Origin: Coniocarpon cinnabarinum
Lineage: Eukaryota
Assembly (NCBI GenBank): GCA_051942205.1
Contig: JAVECO010000127.1
Location: 1-64,000 of the forward strand
Reading direction: 5' to 3'
Length of the DNA stretch: 64,000 nt
This document shows, piece by piece, positions 37,262-50,529 of this stretch. The notes below the pieces were generated by a model that was given only the letters and a program-made list of their open reading frames with translations, did no database searches and had not been told where the DNA came from. The translations under genes and the position numbers were made by a program. Position 1 is the first letter of the stretch; the number at the start of each line of letters is the position of its first letter.

Positions 37262-39482
37262 ATGATTGTTCGGGAGTCTCCCTCACCTAAAAGTAGGTCG
37301 GCGTATCTAGAGCCATGGCGATGTAAAGCTAAGCAACACAGAGTCCACTGTGGATTCTGAGTGGCCACCCAAGTCTCCCCATGCTGCCCTCACAGCTTCT
37401 CCGTCAGGGCGCAAAAGACTCGAAAAATACTATCAGCATCGCCGAAAGACTTCACCATCGCCACAAACGACACGCCCTCCACACAGCGATGCAAATGACG
37501 CTGCTGGGAGCGATGATGACGAGGAGACCTTGCAGCTGCAACTAAAGGCAATCGAGGCGAAACTCAAGCTGAAGAAGCTACGCAAGGAGAAGACAGCCAC
37601 AGCACAGCATTCAGAGCAGGCGGTGGAAGTGCCATCCTCCCCAAGGAGAAATTATGCGCAGCCTAGCGTTGCACAGTCACCGAGAAGAGCCCAGCTTGGC
37701 ATTGACAAAGGTCTCAAGGCCTCTGATGTCTCGTTGAAGAACGTTCCGTCACCAAGCAAATCAAGAGCTCGATTCAATACGGTCAGGGAGGATGCAACGG
37801 GACAGAAGGCAGCACCATCTGGGAAAAGTTACGCAGAGCGCTTACTTGCCTCAAGAAACTGTGACCGCGAGCGGAAAGACAGACAGCGCGATCGCATAGC
37901 CGGGCGCAGTCGTTCGTTTGCCTTGCAGAATTCCTCTAGCTCTTCTCAGAAAGAGAATGAGGGCAGCGAGGAGCGGGCCATCAAAAGCGGACATGAGCGT
38001 TCAACGCAGCATACAGCAGCGCGAGGTTCTCCGCTGCGGGAGCAATCAAGAAGATCACCGAGACAGCATCACCAGCCGTCATCCATCGATATTCCACCCG
38101 ATCAAAACACGGATCATGATCCTCACTCGGGTTTCACGCTCTCAAAACGGAATGCATCCTCTGCAACGTTGGACGATGCGCTCGAGAGCATGGAGCGTTA
38201 TCCGCTCCCACGGCTGCTCAAGGAAGTCCATGCACCGCATTACGATCCACCTGATGTGGCAGGCGATTATGTCGTCTTCGGCATCATCGCCTCAAAGTCG
38301 AAACCGCGAGATCATGCTCTCACTAATCATTCGACATCATCAGATTCCGACGCAAAACCGCAACGCTCGAAATTCATGGTACTTCGATTAACGGATCTGG
38401 AGTGGGAGATCAATCTTTTCCTTTTTGGTGAAGGATTCGAGACGTTCTGGAAGCTGGCTGTGGGTACTGTAGTTGCAATCCTCAATCCAGGTATCATGCC
38501 GCCTAAACCACACGCGAGGGACAGCGGCAAGTTTAGTCTAAAGCTTGGAAGCAGCGAAGACACCGTGCTTGAGATTGGACCTTCTGCAGATCTGGCATTT
38601 TGTAAGAGTGTGAAGAGCGACGGCCAAGTGTGCGGCCAGTGGATAGATGGGCGCAGAACGGAGTACTGCGAATTCCACGTCGGTCTGCAAGTTGCACGGA
38701 GTAAGTCATCCCGCATGGAGATCAACACTATGGGTACATTCGGGCTTTTTTCAAAGCCTGGCGACGGGAAGAGAGGAAGTGGCGGCCGTGGACGCGGTCA
38801 TGGGCGTGGAGGATCTAGCTCCAACCCTTTCTCCGGTGGTCGCAAAGGTCGAGAACAGAAAAAAGACGGTACATTGCAGAACCAGTATTATGATAGGGAG
38901 GCTCATGAGAGGGCTTTCGTGATTCCGTCGCCATTATCACACGGTGCGAGCACTGCAAAGCTGCTCGATGCCGAAGACTACGGTCCAGGTGGAGGCCTGA
39001 GCGCAGCTGAGCGCAGCCAGAAGCGGCGTGCCCTGCAGGAGAAAGAACGTGATCTTGCGAGAGCTCTGGGAGATCGCGGTAATGGGATCGGCGTGGAATA
39101 TCTACGCTCTGCTCATGAGGAACCCGGAGACCGAGGCTCTGACAAGATGGGCCAGAGAAATGGTCGGATTGCGGACGAAACGAAAGACGCTTCGTCGTTC
39201 GGCCTGGTCAGAAATAGCAGGGACCCGATAAACCTCGATCCTGTGAATGGTCGAAAGAGCCGAAAAGAGGCTGTAGGCTGGAGCAAGGCCTTTAAGAGGG
39301 GATTGAGTCCCACTACCCGCAATCGAAGCCCAAGTCCCAAGAAGGCGCGATTTGTGCTGGATGGGAAAGGCGTACGGACGCCAGGTGCAGACTCATCTCA
39401 TGAAGAGCGCCTTCGAACGTCTAGGGGAAAGAAGCGACGACCTCTTACTTTGGATGACGAGGATGACTTGGAGCTCGTATGA
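37262..39482 (+). CDS. MCM10: DNA replication factor Mcm10 (OB fold plus CCCH zinc finger); short first exon MIVRESPSPK, intron about 37293-37341
   Basis: DYVVFGIIASKS, KFMVLRLTDLEW, GTVVAILNP and LEIG..ADLAFCKSVKSDGQVCGQWIDGRRTEYCEFHV motifs. Confidence 0.9.
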
Positions 39483-39571
39483 GGTTTGACATCAATATGG
39501 GTATCTTATTCATGATCATTGGCAGTGTTGCCGTTCTTCGTGTTCTTAACAGCTTGAGATGCACTGCTCTC

Positions 39572-40204
39572 TCATCCAGCGCCTCTTCCTCTCGTTGTGG
39601 AGCTGACGCGACCTCTGACGCGTCCATATTGCATGACCTTCGCTCGTCCAGAACTCGTGCTCGCGCTCCTTTGAACGCCCGCTCCGCCGCCACTCGTAGA
39701 TGCCGTGGTACTCCCGGCGCCAGCACTAACGACTCTGCCACCCCTTCCTCGACCTCTGCCCCTCCCTCTATCCGAAGCCAACGCCGCCTCTTCTCTCCTC
39801 CTCGCCTCATCTTCTTTCCGCCTTTCTATTTCCTCTTTCCTTCTCCTCTCTTCCTCATCCCGTCGCTCTTTCTGTAATCTCAACTGCCGCATCTCCTGTT
39901 CCGCGTCCGCAATGTCCGCGCTTGCGCCTGTCCATGCTGGATTGAGAATAAGCCGTTGCGTGTGTTCGGTGCGAGAGAGGATGCACGTGTAAATATCAAG
40001 AAGACGGTGCGCTGAGTTCGTGGTCGACGCGAGGGCGGAGAGGTTGGAGCTGGCGGTGTCGAGGGAGCTAATGACGGACTCGAGAGTGGTGTTAATGCGC
40101 TGGAGCGTGCGGAGCTCGGCTTGGAGGGCTGCAGATTGGGGTTCTGAACCCTCTTTAGATTGGTTTTTGGCCGACGTCGGCGTTGCATATCTGGATGAGT
40201 CCAT
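39572..40204 (-). CDS. DUO1: DASH/Dam1 complex subunit Duo1
   Basis: LQAELRTLQRINTTLESVISSL...LLDIYTCILSRTEHTQRLILNPAWTGASADI, followed by coiled-coil and RG-rich tail. Confidence 0.88.
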   Translation of the reverse strand: MDSSRYATPTSAKNQSKEGSEPQSAALQAELRTLQRINTTLESVISSLDTASSNLSALASTTNSAHRLLDIYTCILSRTEHTQRLILNPAWTGASADIADAEQEMRQLRLQKERRDEEERRRKEEIERRKEDEARRREEAALASDRGRGRGRGRGGRVVSAGAGSTTASTSGGGAGVQRSASTSSGRAKVMQYGRVRGRVSSTTRGRGAG

Positions 40205-41080
40205 TCGCTTTCTATATGCACGGGACTCTGGTCAATGTATCAGATTCCATCCCTCACAAGATGCGCGCATTCTCTGTGGTAGCGTGACATGGCCGGGTTA
40301 GAGAGGATATACGCGTTTGACCGTGGTTCGTGTGTCAATCTTTGGGCCTAAGATCACAGGCGCCAATGCTTCCTCACGTACCTTGTTTACCTTACCAATA
40401 GGAGGAATCAATTGACGCATGCGTGGTCGACGCTCGCAGCAAAACCAGCTGACGACGACTTCCGAGGCAGTGCGCTATGATAGGCCGAGAATTATTCCGG
40501 TCATCGCTGAGCATTGGCCACGCAAAAGACGGCGAGGCAACGGCGACAGCCATTCTTGTCCAAGACGAGTCTAGGCCCTTCGCAGCCTGCAGCATGCATA
40601 CAACATCATGGACCCGCCTTTGCCTCGCATACGGGTCCTAGGCTATCGCGAAAATTCGATGCTGACTCTGCACATATCCTACGCAAGCGCGCGATCGGTC
40701 TTGAGCGCGTAGACCCATGCTGTCTCCTCACAATCAAGTCGATCGGCGAGAGGCGACTAACTCATATGCCCTAGCCGGCCCATCATGAGTCCATCGCTGG
40801 CTCAAGTATCATATACAACAATTTTGATCATAATAGACAAAGAGCGAAGAGGTCGACTTGCACTAGACGAATCACCTTACTCAGAAAAGGCTGTCTGAGC
40901 TTATACCTATCTATCAAGTGTAAGAGGATCCGAAATACGTCCTTGCGAAACGCTTTCAAGCACCTATCTGCAATGGAAACGTAAGTGAGACGCTCCAAGA
41001 AAGCTGTTCTCCAGCCCTACGAGACCAACGCTTTACATTTTGAGAGTCAATTGATCACGATCTCCTTCTCAGAGCCCACT

Positions 41081-44000
41081 ATGGCTCTCAGCGAGGATGC
41101 GATCGATCTCTCTGCTGCTTGGGAACGCACTTGCAAGGCTTTCTACAAATCTACTGGGAGAGATCTGCGTGCAACCCCCGTACCTACTCCGGAACAAGTC
41201 ATCACTAGCTTCAGTGCCGACAAAGCAGAAGAGGACAAGAAGCATCATAAGGTCAATGAAGCAAAGAAAGTTGTGCGACAGACGCTTGATGCTGTGGATC
41301 GCATAGGCACCGTGGCTGCTCAAGGCGCATCTATGGTAAGCAGTTACTGGACACAGAACTTGCGTGGCCATATTTATCTCTCTCACTGCACGAGTTAGTG
41401 TATCTATGGCCGGCAAATTTGTTTCTAATAGCACGATTCAGGTCTTTGGTCCATCGACGCTCTGCATGAACGCCGTGTCTTTCTTCGTGCAAGCTGGCGT
41501 TGCTTATCGCGGCATCTTTGACGCGATTGACCAGCTATTTGGTCGAATTTTTGATGCTTTAGAGCGATTTCAGATCTATCAGGAACATCAGGGCGTGCTA
41601 CCCAGAGAGATGATTTCCATTGCAAACGAGATACTCGTGGTGTTTGTGCGGGTATTCGAGAAGTCCTACAACATCCTTAATAAACCAAAGATAGTACTCT
41701 ACCTCAAGGCAGCAGCATTTAGTGGCGACGAAGGCGTCAATTCCGAGCTCGAACAATTAGCGAGATTAGAAGAGAGAGAAAAGCAGATGAAAGGAACACT
41801 GAATCTAGTTTCCGCACGAATAACAGAGAGAACCAACGCGCAAGTAAAGGAAGGCGTCGATGCCATGAGGCAATCTTTGTCGAAAGCTAAGAATGTTAAG
41901 GACGCTAAAAGGCAGAGAGAAAAGATCTCGCGATTGTTGGGAGAGCCCAAGGATCATTATCGCAGTGACTACAGAAGGTACACCGACTCTTTGATACCGA
42001 ATACTGGTAAATGGCTAGAGAATGATGATATCTACTTGAGGTGGTCTAGCAAAAAGTCAGATCCATGTCTTGTCGGACTTTCAGCGCGTAGAGGTCATGG
42101 TAAGACGCATGCGATTACGATGATGATCAAAGATTTGCAGAAACGTTACCCACAGGGAGGAGAAACCGTTACGCGGGCGTCTGTAGCCTATGTCTATGTG
42201 GGGAGAGACCAGAGAAATACCGTCCAGAGCGCGAACAAGGACGGCAGTTCACATGCAGCAGGAAACGTGTCTCCCGGCTTGATCCTCAAAACCTTAGCTT
42301 GGCAAATCGCTGAAAACGATCCCATATACCGGCGAGACTTAGAGTTCGTCGAGCAGAGCGCAGTTGAAACAGGAGATGTCAGAAGTCTCTGGAATACACT
42401 CTTTGTCAATCAAGCCAAGTCCGATGCAACGCTCCATCTCCTCGTTGATGGCCTTGATGAGCTCGATGACAAGTATCAGCCTTCTTTACGCAATTTCCTG
42501 GAGGAGTTCAAATCGACTTTGCATAAAGACTCGCTTCGTGTAAAATTAATGATTTCAGCGGAGCCCAAATATTTCGAAGATCTAGCGTCTTTCAGTAAAA
42601 TTCAAGTTCCAACGATTGACCTATCCTCCTGCAATGTAGACGACATGTCGAAATACATCAGTTTCCGCGTCGACGGAATGAAAAATTTCCTAGACAAATC
42701 AGACGGTGTCCAAGCTCTGAAGAATGAGGTCAAACAGGTGCTTGTAGACTGTGTCAAGGGAGATTTCAATGGAGCTGATCTCCTTTTGAAAGACATCAGT
42801 GGCAAGTCACGCTCTGGGGAGGTCCGCGATGTTCTGGACCAAGCCAGGAAGCGAGGAACGTATGCTGTCATCGATGATGCCATTACCTACCACAACGAGA
42901 ACTCCAAATCAGCTGACGTTGATGATCTGAACACTTTGTTGCTTTGGATCACCCACGCAAAGACATCGTTAAGTTTGGAGGAGCTGCGTTCAATCCTGTT
43001 TTGGCATCGCTCAGAACTGTCCTTGCGACCACTGTACCAACAAATAAAGGAAGATTTTAATACCTTCTTCTCGGTCTCACCGGATCGGGACTGGCCGATA
43101 GCAACGGTAACACTAACGTCGGACTCCATCGAAGAGTGTCTCAGGAGGACGTCACGCAGACAGACTTTGTCTGCCATTCCCCGCGAATCGACCGTCTCTA
43201 AGGCCGAGGTGAGACTTGTTCAAAACTTTCTGCGAACCTTTTGCGATCAACAACTATATGACGATCTAGGGCTCGAGTCCTTCCTGAACAGCAAACTCTC
43301 GTCGCAGAAAACGCGGGTGCAAATTGATTTTGATTCTGCTGAAACTATCATCGCACTGAAATGTCTCCAGACTCTTCCTTTGGGACCAACCCATAGTACC
43401 AGCAGGGAATCAGAGTCGCTTATATACTATGCCGGCTTTTGGTTCTACGATCATCTGGCAGCGGGCAATCTTTCCTTGACAGACCCACAGCTTAAAGCCG
43501 ACGTTGGCCAAAGCCTCGTCAAATTGTTATGTGACGAGAATGTGATTGCCGAACTCTACGATATCTATACGTTCTTTTCCACCTGGCTTTATCACGAGGA
43601 ACTCGAAGAGCAAGTAGTCCGGTGGTTCAACGATGCAGCAGTGGTCAAGGATTTGACATCAGAGCAATGGGCGTGGTGCGAACGAGTGTGCGCAGGCAAA
43701 GAGAATTTATTTGCTCCGTTCGCAAGGGTTATAGCCCGAAAATGGGCTTTGGATTTCCTTGAGAAAACGATTGAGGAGGAAACTTCTTGGCTGATGGGAT
43801 ATTTAAACCTCGTAAGTGCTAGCTAAGACAGTAGAACTAATAGGCTGACTAAGCTATAGTTAGAGCATAAGCGAGACCCGAGTTTCCCACGTCCTTCAAA
43901 AGCCCCTTACACTAGAGAGGCGACTGTTGACGATGTGCTAGAAGTCATCACGTTCGTGGCAGAAAATATCGATCACGAGAAATATGAGCCCAAGATGGTC

Positions 44001-45689
44001 CGTAATCTAGGCTTAACTTTCAAGATTTGTCGGCACTACACAGAAGCTCTGCAGCATCTCGAACGGGCGGCCCAACTCAGGCCATGGGACAAGGACATCA
44101 CGTATCTCATTGCTCAAACACACAGCGACATGGAATGTTGGCAAATGGCTATCGATACAATGACCCCAATACTGGTAGACCTGCAGGATGGAAAAGATGT
44201 GTTCCTGTCTGGAGAGCCCCGCGTTGACATTGACAAAGTTCGTTTCAGCGTTGCTTCATGGATGCGGAAGCTACGTGAATTCGACAAGGCAAGCAATCTT
44301 TACGAGGACATGTTGAGATACAACCCCCAAAATTACGCGGTCGTGTTTGCTCACTTACAAGTTCTCTATGAAAGAAAATGTTATACGAGCGCCTTTGAGT
44401 ACCTCGAACGCATGCAACAGCAGCATGATGAGCTCTCTGGTCGCGACAAGCTATCACAGCTTTTCCACGACCATGCAGAGGAACCTGAGTATCACCAAAC
44501 GCTCACCAGGTTGGTCCAGGAGACTGGCCAATCCAACAGGATGAAATCACTTTATGAAAGAGCATTAGAAGTCTGCCATGTGAGCAACCTGGATGATTCA
44601 GGCACTTGGATGCCGACCGTAGAGGAGCTTGCATTAATGCGAGAGCTTGGAACATTGCTATACTTTGGCACGAGTGATAATCGAGAGCATGCACTGGTGA
44701 TAGAGATCTGGGAAAGACTATTGAGTGCCCCCAAGAACGAAGAGGAAAGGGAGAAATACGTCGATATGGAGTGCATCAAGCACTCAATGTTATCGCACCT
44801 GTCTCAGCTCTACGTCAACAAGGCCTTAGAGAGCGAAGATCACCCCGAGATTGCTTCCAAAATGATTGAACGACTCAAGAGCTTGTGCGTTGATGAGCAG
44901 GAAGAGATAGCCGCTCTTAGCCCAATGGAACTTCGACGACTGCTGGCAATTTATTATAGCCGTACAAAGCAAGAAGGCAAAGCACGAGAGCAGTTGAAGC
45001 CTGATGTCGAACTTGGCTTAGAGCTACTCTCAGACGACGATACATCCAACGACAAGTGGGGATGGAAGCGATTAGCCTCTGTGTTTGCAACCACTGGTGA
45101 CGTAGAGGCCGCCATCGCTGCTTGGTGTATCTTCAAACCGACAACAAAACTGAAGAAAAGTCGGAAGAGCCAGTCGCAACTCAGCAATCTGCGGATCAAT
45201 GTTCCGCGCGTAGAAGAAAACACTCAGGCAGTGGGCAACCTCGTTGACGTGTCGCTGGATTCAGGTGGAAGTGGCGGAGAGGTTGCACCGAGTATTACTT
45301 CTCTCCAGGGAGTGCAAAGTACGAGCGTGAGAAAAGGTCTCTCAGGACTCCTCACGAACTATTGTGACGGTCGTTGCGGGACCAGATGGTCATTTGCAGA
45401 CGATATATACGTTTGTCAAGATTGTGAGGATGTTCAGCTAGATCAACAGTGCTTACAAAAGCTTCGAAATGGTACTTTGGAACATAGAGTCTGTGGTAGA
45501 AATCACCGATTCTTCCATGTTCCACCATGGGATCCCGACAGGGATGCAAAGGTCGGTCATGGTAATGTCAAAGTCGGCGAAGAGATTATGAGCGTGGAGG
45601 CGTGGCTGAAGAAGATCAGGACGGAGTGGGATTTGGAGAAGAATTTAGACGAGGAGAAGAACTCAGACGAGGCTCAAGAAGACAATTGA
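41081..45689 (+). CDS. Fungal NLR-like STAND protein: Goodbye-like N-terminus, NACHT, TPR repeats and C-terminal ZZ-like zinc finger; introns 41336-41441 and 43812-43859
   Basis: WERTCKAFYKSTGRDL N-terminus, NTGKWL, Walker A ARRGHGKT, Walker B LLVDGLDE, TPR-like helices, CDGRC...VCQDCEDVQLDQQC...CGRNH. Confidence 0.85.
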
Positions 45690-46525
45690 TGAGGGTTGTG
45701 CTAGCGCCAGTGCTCTGAGACGTGTCGCAAACAGGCTGCATTCTCAGGTCGATGTCTAGAGACTTGTCAAAGCATTCATGTCTCACTTCACCGGAGCGCA
45801 TTCGATGGAAGTCGAGCAGATCACACACCGAAACATAGAGTCACCTGCGCTGGAACAAGCGGTTGGCAGGCAAGCAAAACCACAGGCAGAGCACAGGCTT
45901 CGCGCGTACCATCTATCTGCGCCCAACAATCTCCTGCTCATCCGGCGACTTGCTGCTTTGCTGACTCTATCGATGTGTACAGGTTGTCGAAGTCAAGATA
46001 CGTAGTGCCACGAGTCATGCTTACATGATCCCGCCCCTTCTTTTAGGACTTTCTTGCGACTTTCTACCCGTCCAAGCTTGTCAGCTTACTCGTGGCATGT
46101 GCAGGCCGCGTATTCGTCCAATCGAACTGCATAGCGTAATATCAGGGCATGCTTGCATGGTTTGAATGTGCTTCAGTTTCCTTACGAGGTCTCACCGAGT
46201 CAGGATTCGAAACATGAAAGGAAGACGGCTAGTCATTTTGGGATGTGCTCTAAACATGTTGCAAGAAGCTCTGTCCTGACCTTGAGCTGGTGGCTTGGTC
46301 GAGACCGGTCTATCATTGCCGTCGACAGAACATTGAAGATGACATTTGGCCTTTGGTCGGTATGGCCAGTCGACGAAGAACATATACCATTCGCTCTACT
46401 TCTCCTCCAGATTTTGTGGTCGTTGAGAATTGCATCGCTATCTTCTCAGCAAAGAGATATCTTGGAGACCTTCGTCAGCTGCTCTCGCGAGAACGGTATC
46501 CTTGGAGACTCGCCTTTCAAACAAC

Positions 46526-47039
46526 ATGTTGTTCAAGGTAAGCATTTCAAAGGCGTAATTCACAGATCCGATCGCGGCTCTGACACATCTCTCAGCTCCT
46601 ATCTTCTCTTTCCGTCTTCGCCCTTGCCCTTGGTGCCGCCCTTCCTCAAACCAATCCCAACGGCTACAGCATCTTCTTTACCGCCTATCCAGCCAGCGAC
46701 ATCCGCGACGCCGGCTGCTTGAATGGCGGCGCCAGCTCCAACGGACATCAAAACGGCGCCTTGACCAAGATTGGCGACTGTGTCCCTGTCAGCGGCGAAG
46801 CAGGCGACCAGTTCTGGTGGAGCACTAACAACGTCGGGATGCTCGTGGGTCTCTTCAAGGCGGGCGACTGCAATGGCGACTATAAGTCGTTCATGGCGAG
46901 CCAGGCGGACGCGAGTAGTCCCGGTACTGGATGTGTGAATTTGCAGGACTTGACGGGGAACCCGGACGTGACAACATATGCTAGTGTGAAGATTTTGGCG
47001 GATTGTTCGAAGGAAGGCGGTTGTGATTTTGGTCAGTAG
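46526..47039 (+). CDS. Small secreted 6-Cys protein, copy A (exon 1 MLFK, intron 46538-46595)
   Basis: Spliced product MLFKLLSSLSVFALALGAALPQTNPNG...GCLN...GDCV...GDCN...GCVN...ADCSKEGGCDFGQ; colinear with the 49065 gene. Confidence 0.85.
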
Positions 47040-49064
47040 TGTTCATCTTGCTTTGGTGGGTCTCGCGATATGTTTGATTGCTGTTCCATGGGTGAAGTCA
47101 GGAGGTTCAAGTTGTACCAACCTCATTGTCCAGTCATGAACCATCTATGGTGGATGATGTCTTTGCGGCATCGTCGCCAGGAGCACAACCGTGTCCACAA
47201 AGCATCTCGCGGCTCAGTAGCTTTTCTTCTCACCAGCGTCTATTCATCGTGATAGCCAACGGCAGTTCAGGCTGCACTATTGAAGAAAATACGCAGGAAT
47301 GCAGATAACGATTGAGAGAAACACGTGATGGGGTCATAGTCACCAAGAGAATACACTCAGGCTTGCCGCCGTCACTACCTGTGCCAGTGAAGCGGATCAA
47401 AGAGTTAGGAAGAAGGAAAGGTGCTCGCGTTCTCCACAGCTATCTGAGGAGATCAAAGTCATTGCCATTACTCCTGCGTCCAGCTGGATGACCGTTATGG
47501 TTTATCGCTGCTCAGCCACGGCGGATTTAGATCCTCGCGCCGAGACCAGCGGATCCTCGGCCCTGCCGCACCAGTGAGACATTGCTGAATGACAGCCGGC
47601 CGGATTAGATCATTTTTGCAGCAGCATACACACCGAATTGGGGTAGGATCTGACACACACCCGTTTTGGCTTAGCTGAGCGCCGTAGCGTAGCCCTTATT
47701 GCCACTGTCTCTGTATTTGCTAAGAGTAAGAGGATGAAGCGATCTTAACTTAGAAATATACTAGAGCTGTCGCGCTTACGCTACCTACCTACTATCACTC
47801 TGCTTAAGCCAAGATACGCCATATGTAGAGCCATCTACGATGTGTAAGGCAGGAAACAGATCTAGCGCAAATGTAGTAGCTATACGAGAAGGGGTAAAGC
47901 GTCTGTGCCGCTCTAAGCCTAATCTAGTGTGTGTGCTGATGCAAACATGATCTATTATGGCCCCTCGGTTACTTTTCGTTCAATTTTTGAGATTGAGGGT
48001 GCGAGGTAAGGGGGAAGTGTTGCGGGTCAGGGCACGGGGCGACAGAGGACAACCCACATAGTTACGAGTGATCGACTTGAGAGCCGTCGCCGTCGTTCTT
48101 GAGATCAGTATGATCCAGCTGTCTTGTGCCCCTGCGCGTCCTGTCTCTGATGTTGCGCAGAGTCGTACCATCTTATTCAGTTCGTCGAGATCGCCGGTAC
48201 CCATGTATATCGCATCAGATGGTTACCACATGCTGAGAAGGTGTGCTCTGTTGCACGTCAAATTCCGAAGGGAATAAAACATCCACGGCAGCGTTTGATG
48301 CGCGCGTAACCGACGTGGCAGCCCGCGAACGGAATAGCGGTGCCACGAAAGCTGATGTTGATGTCATGCTATTGATCGAAAAAGCATGTGATGATGCAAC
48401 ATTCAGGACTTGACCTCCGTGGACTCCCACGCATGAAACCCTTGTCCTCGCGTCAAGGACTGATTCAATCCTCCTAGGGAGATGCCACCAACGATGTACT
48501 TGGTCACTGCTTACTTGGCCACGTGCCGACTTCCAGGGAAAAAAGAGTCATCTCGCTCGACCGACCCACGTGCGAGGAGCTCGTTCTGGCTCACCTGGAT
48601 ACCGCCATGTCCTCCTGTAGGAATCAACGGTGTCTTGAAGTGAGTTTACGAAATGGTCACCGTTCATTTGAGCCTACGCGGCGCTGCTTGAAATGCTGCC
48701 GCAACCGGCCTAAAAATGGTGGGTCTAGGGTTAGCGTTCAAGAAAGGCCAGATTCAATCCGATCTTGGTCAATCACTAGATCCTACATCACGGCGCCAAA
48801 AATAACCTCAAGCTCTTCTGAAGGTACCGCGTATTTATGATGTCCAAAGATATCAAGAAATCAACATCTGTTCACAAGGTCATCCACTCCTACTAAAAGA
48901 ATATCTACGTTTCGCTGCAGTTTATTGCCATTTTCTGTGTTCAAGTCCTTGTTTCCATACGTGTGATCGCCTCGGCAGCTAACTTCGTGCTGTACGTTCT
49001 CGAGTAAACATCACCAACCTTCGTCGATGAGCACAGGTATCTGCTCGATTCAACATCTGTCATA

Positions 49065-49598
49065 ATGCTGACAAAGGTACGTATCTTCTTGTGTTCAGGC
49101 ACGTATCTATCCTTGTTTAATCTGATAAAACAGGTTTGTATCGCTCTTGCCACTTTTTCAGCCACATGGGCCGCCGCCGTTCCCGACACTACTCCCACAA
49201 ATCCCAACGATAATGGGCTCGACGTTTATTTTATGGTCTACCCTCAAGGTGATAACCAGGAAAGCGGGTGTCTCAACAGTCTCGCGTCACCTCCGCCCTA
49301 TCAGAATGACAATTTGAAAAAACTTGGCGATTGCATTTCTGTGACAGGAAGCCCGGCCGACCAGATCTATTGGATAACCCGGAACTGGGGCCTCATGGTG
49401 GGGCTCTTCGCGTCGAGTGACTGCACTGGGACTTACAAACCTTTCATGGCCGATGCTGTCAACTCACCTTACAACGACGGGTATTTGGCGACGGGGTGTC
49501 AAGCTTTGGATGACTTGCAGGGTGAACCGCAGACGACTTTCTCCAGCGTGAAGCTTTTGGCGGACTGTTCGCAGCCAAATGGCTGTGTTTGGGGTTGA
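49065..49598 (+). CDS. Small secreted 6-Cys protein, copy B (exon 1 MLTK, intron 49077-49133)
   Basis: Signal peptide VCIALATFSATWAAA; same six Cys and same intron position as copy A. Confidence 0.85.
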   Translation: MLTKVRIFLCSGTYLSLFNLIKQVCIALATFSATWAAAVPDTTPTNPNDNGLDVYFMVYPQGDNQESGCLNSLASPPPYQNDNLKKLGDCISVTGSPADQIYWITRNWGLMVGLFASSDCTGTYKPFMADAVNSPYNDGYLATGCQALDDLQGEPQTTFSSVKLLADCSQPNGCVWG

Positions 49599-49914
49599 AT
49601 ACGTTTCGCGGCTTCTAAGACCGGAGGCAGGGATGAGGGCACTGCCACTGATAGCAAGTACTTGATAATATGTTTGTGGAAGAACTCAAAGCGCGAGCGC
49701 GTCCACTCTTGCGACTACGTTAGAGGCTAGGATGGTTCTCAGTGCTCTCATCCCTCTCTCTGAGCTGTTGAGTACGTAGTAAATCTCATGGCACTGGTTT
49801 CAGGACTAGGCGGCCAAAGCAGACATTGAATCACCAACCCCACCTTCACCCATAAACAACTTCCATCTCGCGAGGTTCTGGCCTATCTTTCGGTTGCAAC
49901 TATCTGACATAGCA

Positions 49915-50529
49915 ATGCCTCTCAGCAACATATGGTCTACCGCAAAGTCAGTCATTCGTGACGTGCGAAACAAAGAATACAGCAGGAATCAACATCTGAA
50001 GGCGTCGATAGAGCTCTTTGCAAAAGAGGATGGCACCAGTAATGGTGTACACGAAGGCACATGGCATTTCCTCGACGCAATTCCCTTCTTCACATTGAGT
50101 CCGGTCCCGGTGAAAGGTACGAGCCGATATGGCTTTCTTGTCGGTGACTATACGACATTGCTTTACTCCAATCTAACCACGCATCAGATTATCCGTGACG
50201 ATAACTTGCGTCACTACAGTCTCCTCGTCAAGCTAGCGTTTACCAAAGTCGTTTGAAGAGGTCAAGAGTTGAACCGAGAATATGACCTCGTCCGCTCAAA
50301 GGACGATCGCTATCACCTCCTTTGCTATTTGTTTGAGATATGGGCGAAACGACAGAGGCAGTGGGATGAGTTGCAAGGTAAAACCATTGCGAGTCAGAAA
50401 GTGTCAAAGCGTACTGTGGAAGATGATCAGGCGAGATGTCGCTCTCCAACGGTGAGGATTCTTGAGCGCAACCCAAAAAACGATTTACCGAGCGAGCGCC
50501 GAACACACACACACACCAAGTACACTTAG
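49915..50529 (+). pseudogene. Unrecognised family X, copy 1; in-frame TGA at 50254-50256 where the paralog has Trp
   Basis: Aligns with 54370-55054 (EGTWHFLDAIPFF vs EGVWELVAAIPLF; YDLVRSKDDRYHLL vs FDLAGSDRDRYRFL); the frame continues past the stop. Confidence 0.7.

Noticed and set aside
32084..45689. HeLo gene and NLR as a het-s/nwd2-type amyloid signalling pair
   Set aside because: They are separated by four core genes, and the NLR starts with a Goodbye-like domain with no visible matching amyloid motif.
48060..48430. Possible degraded gene with faint HSP20-like wording on the minus strand
   Set aside because: The resemblance is too weak and is interrupted by stops; it cannot be supported without a search.
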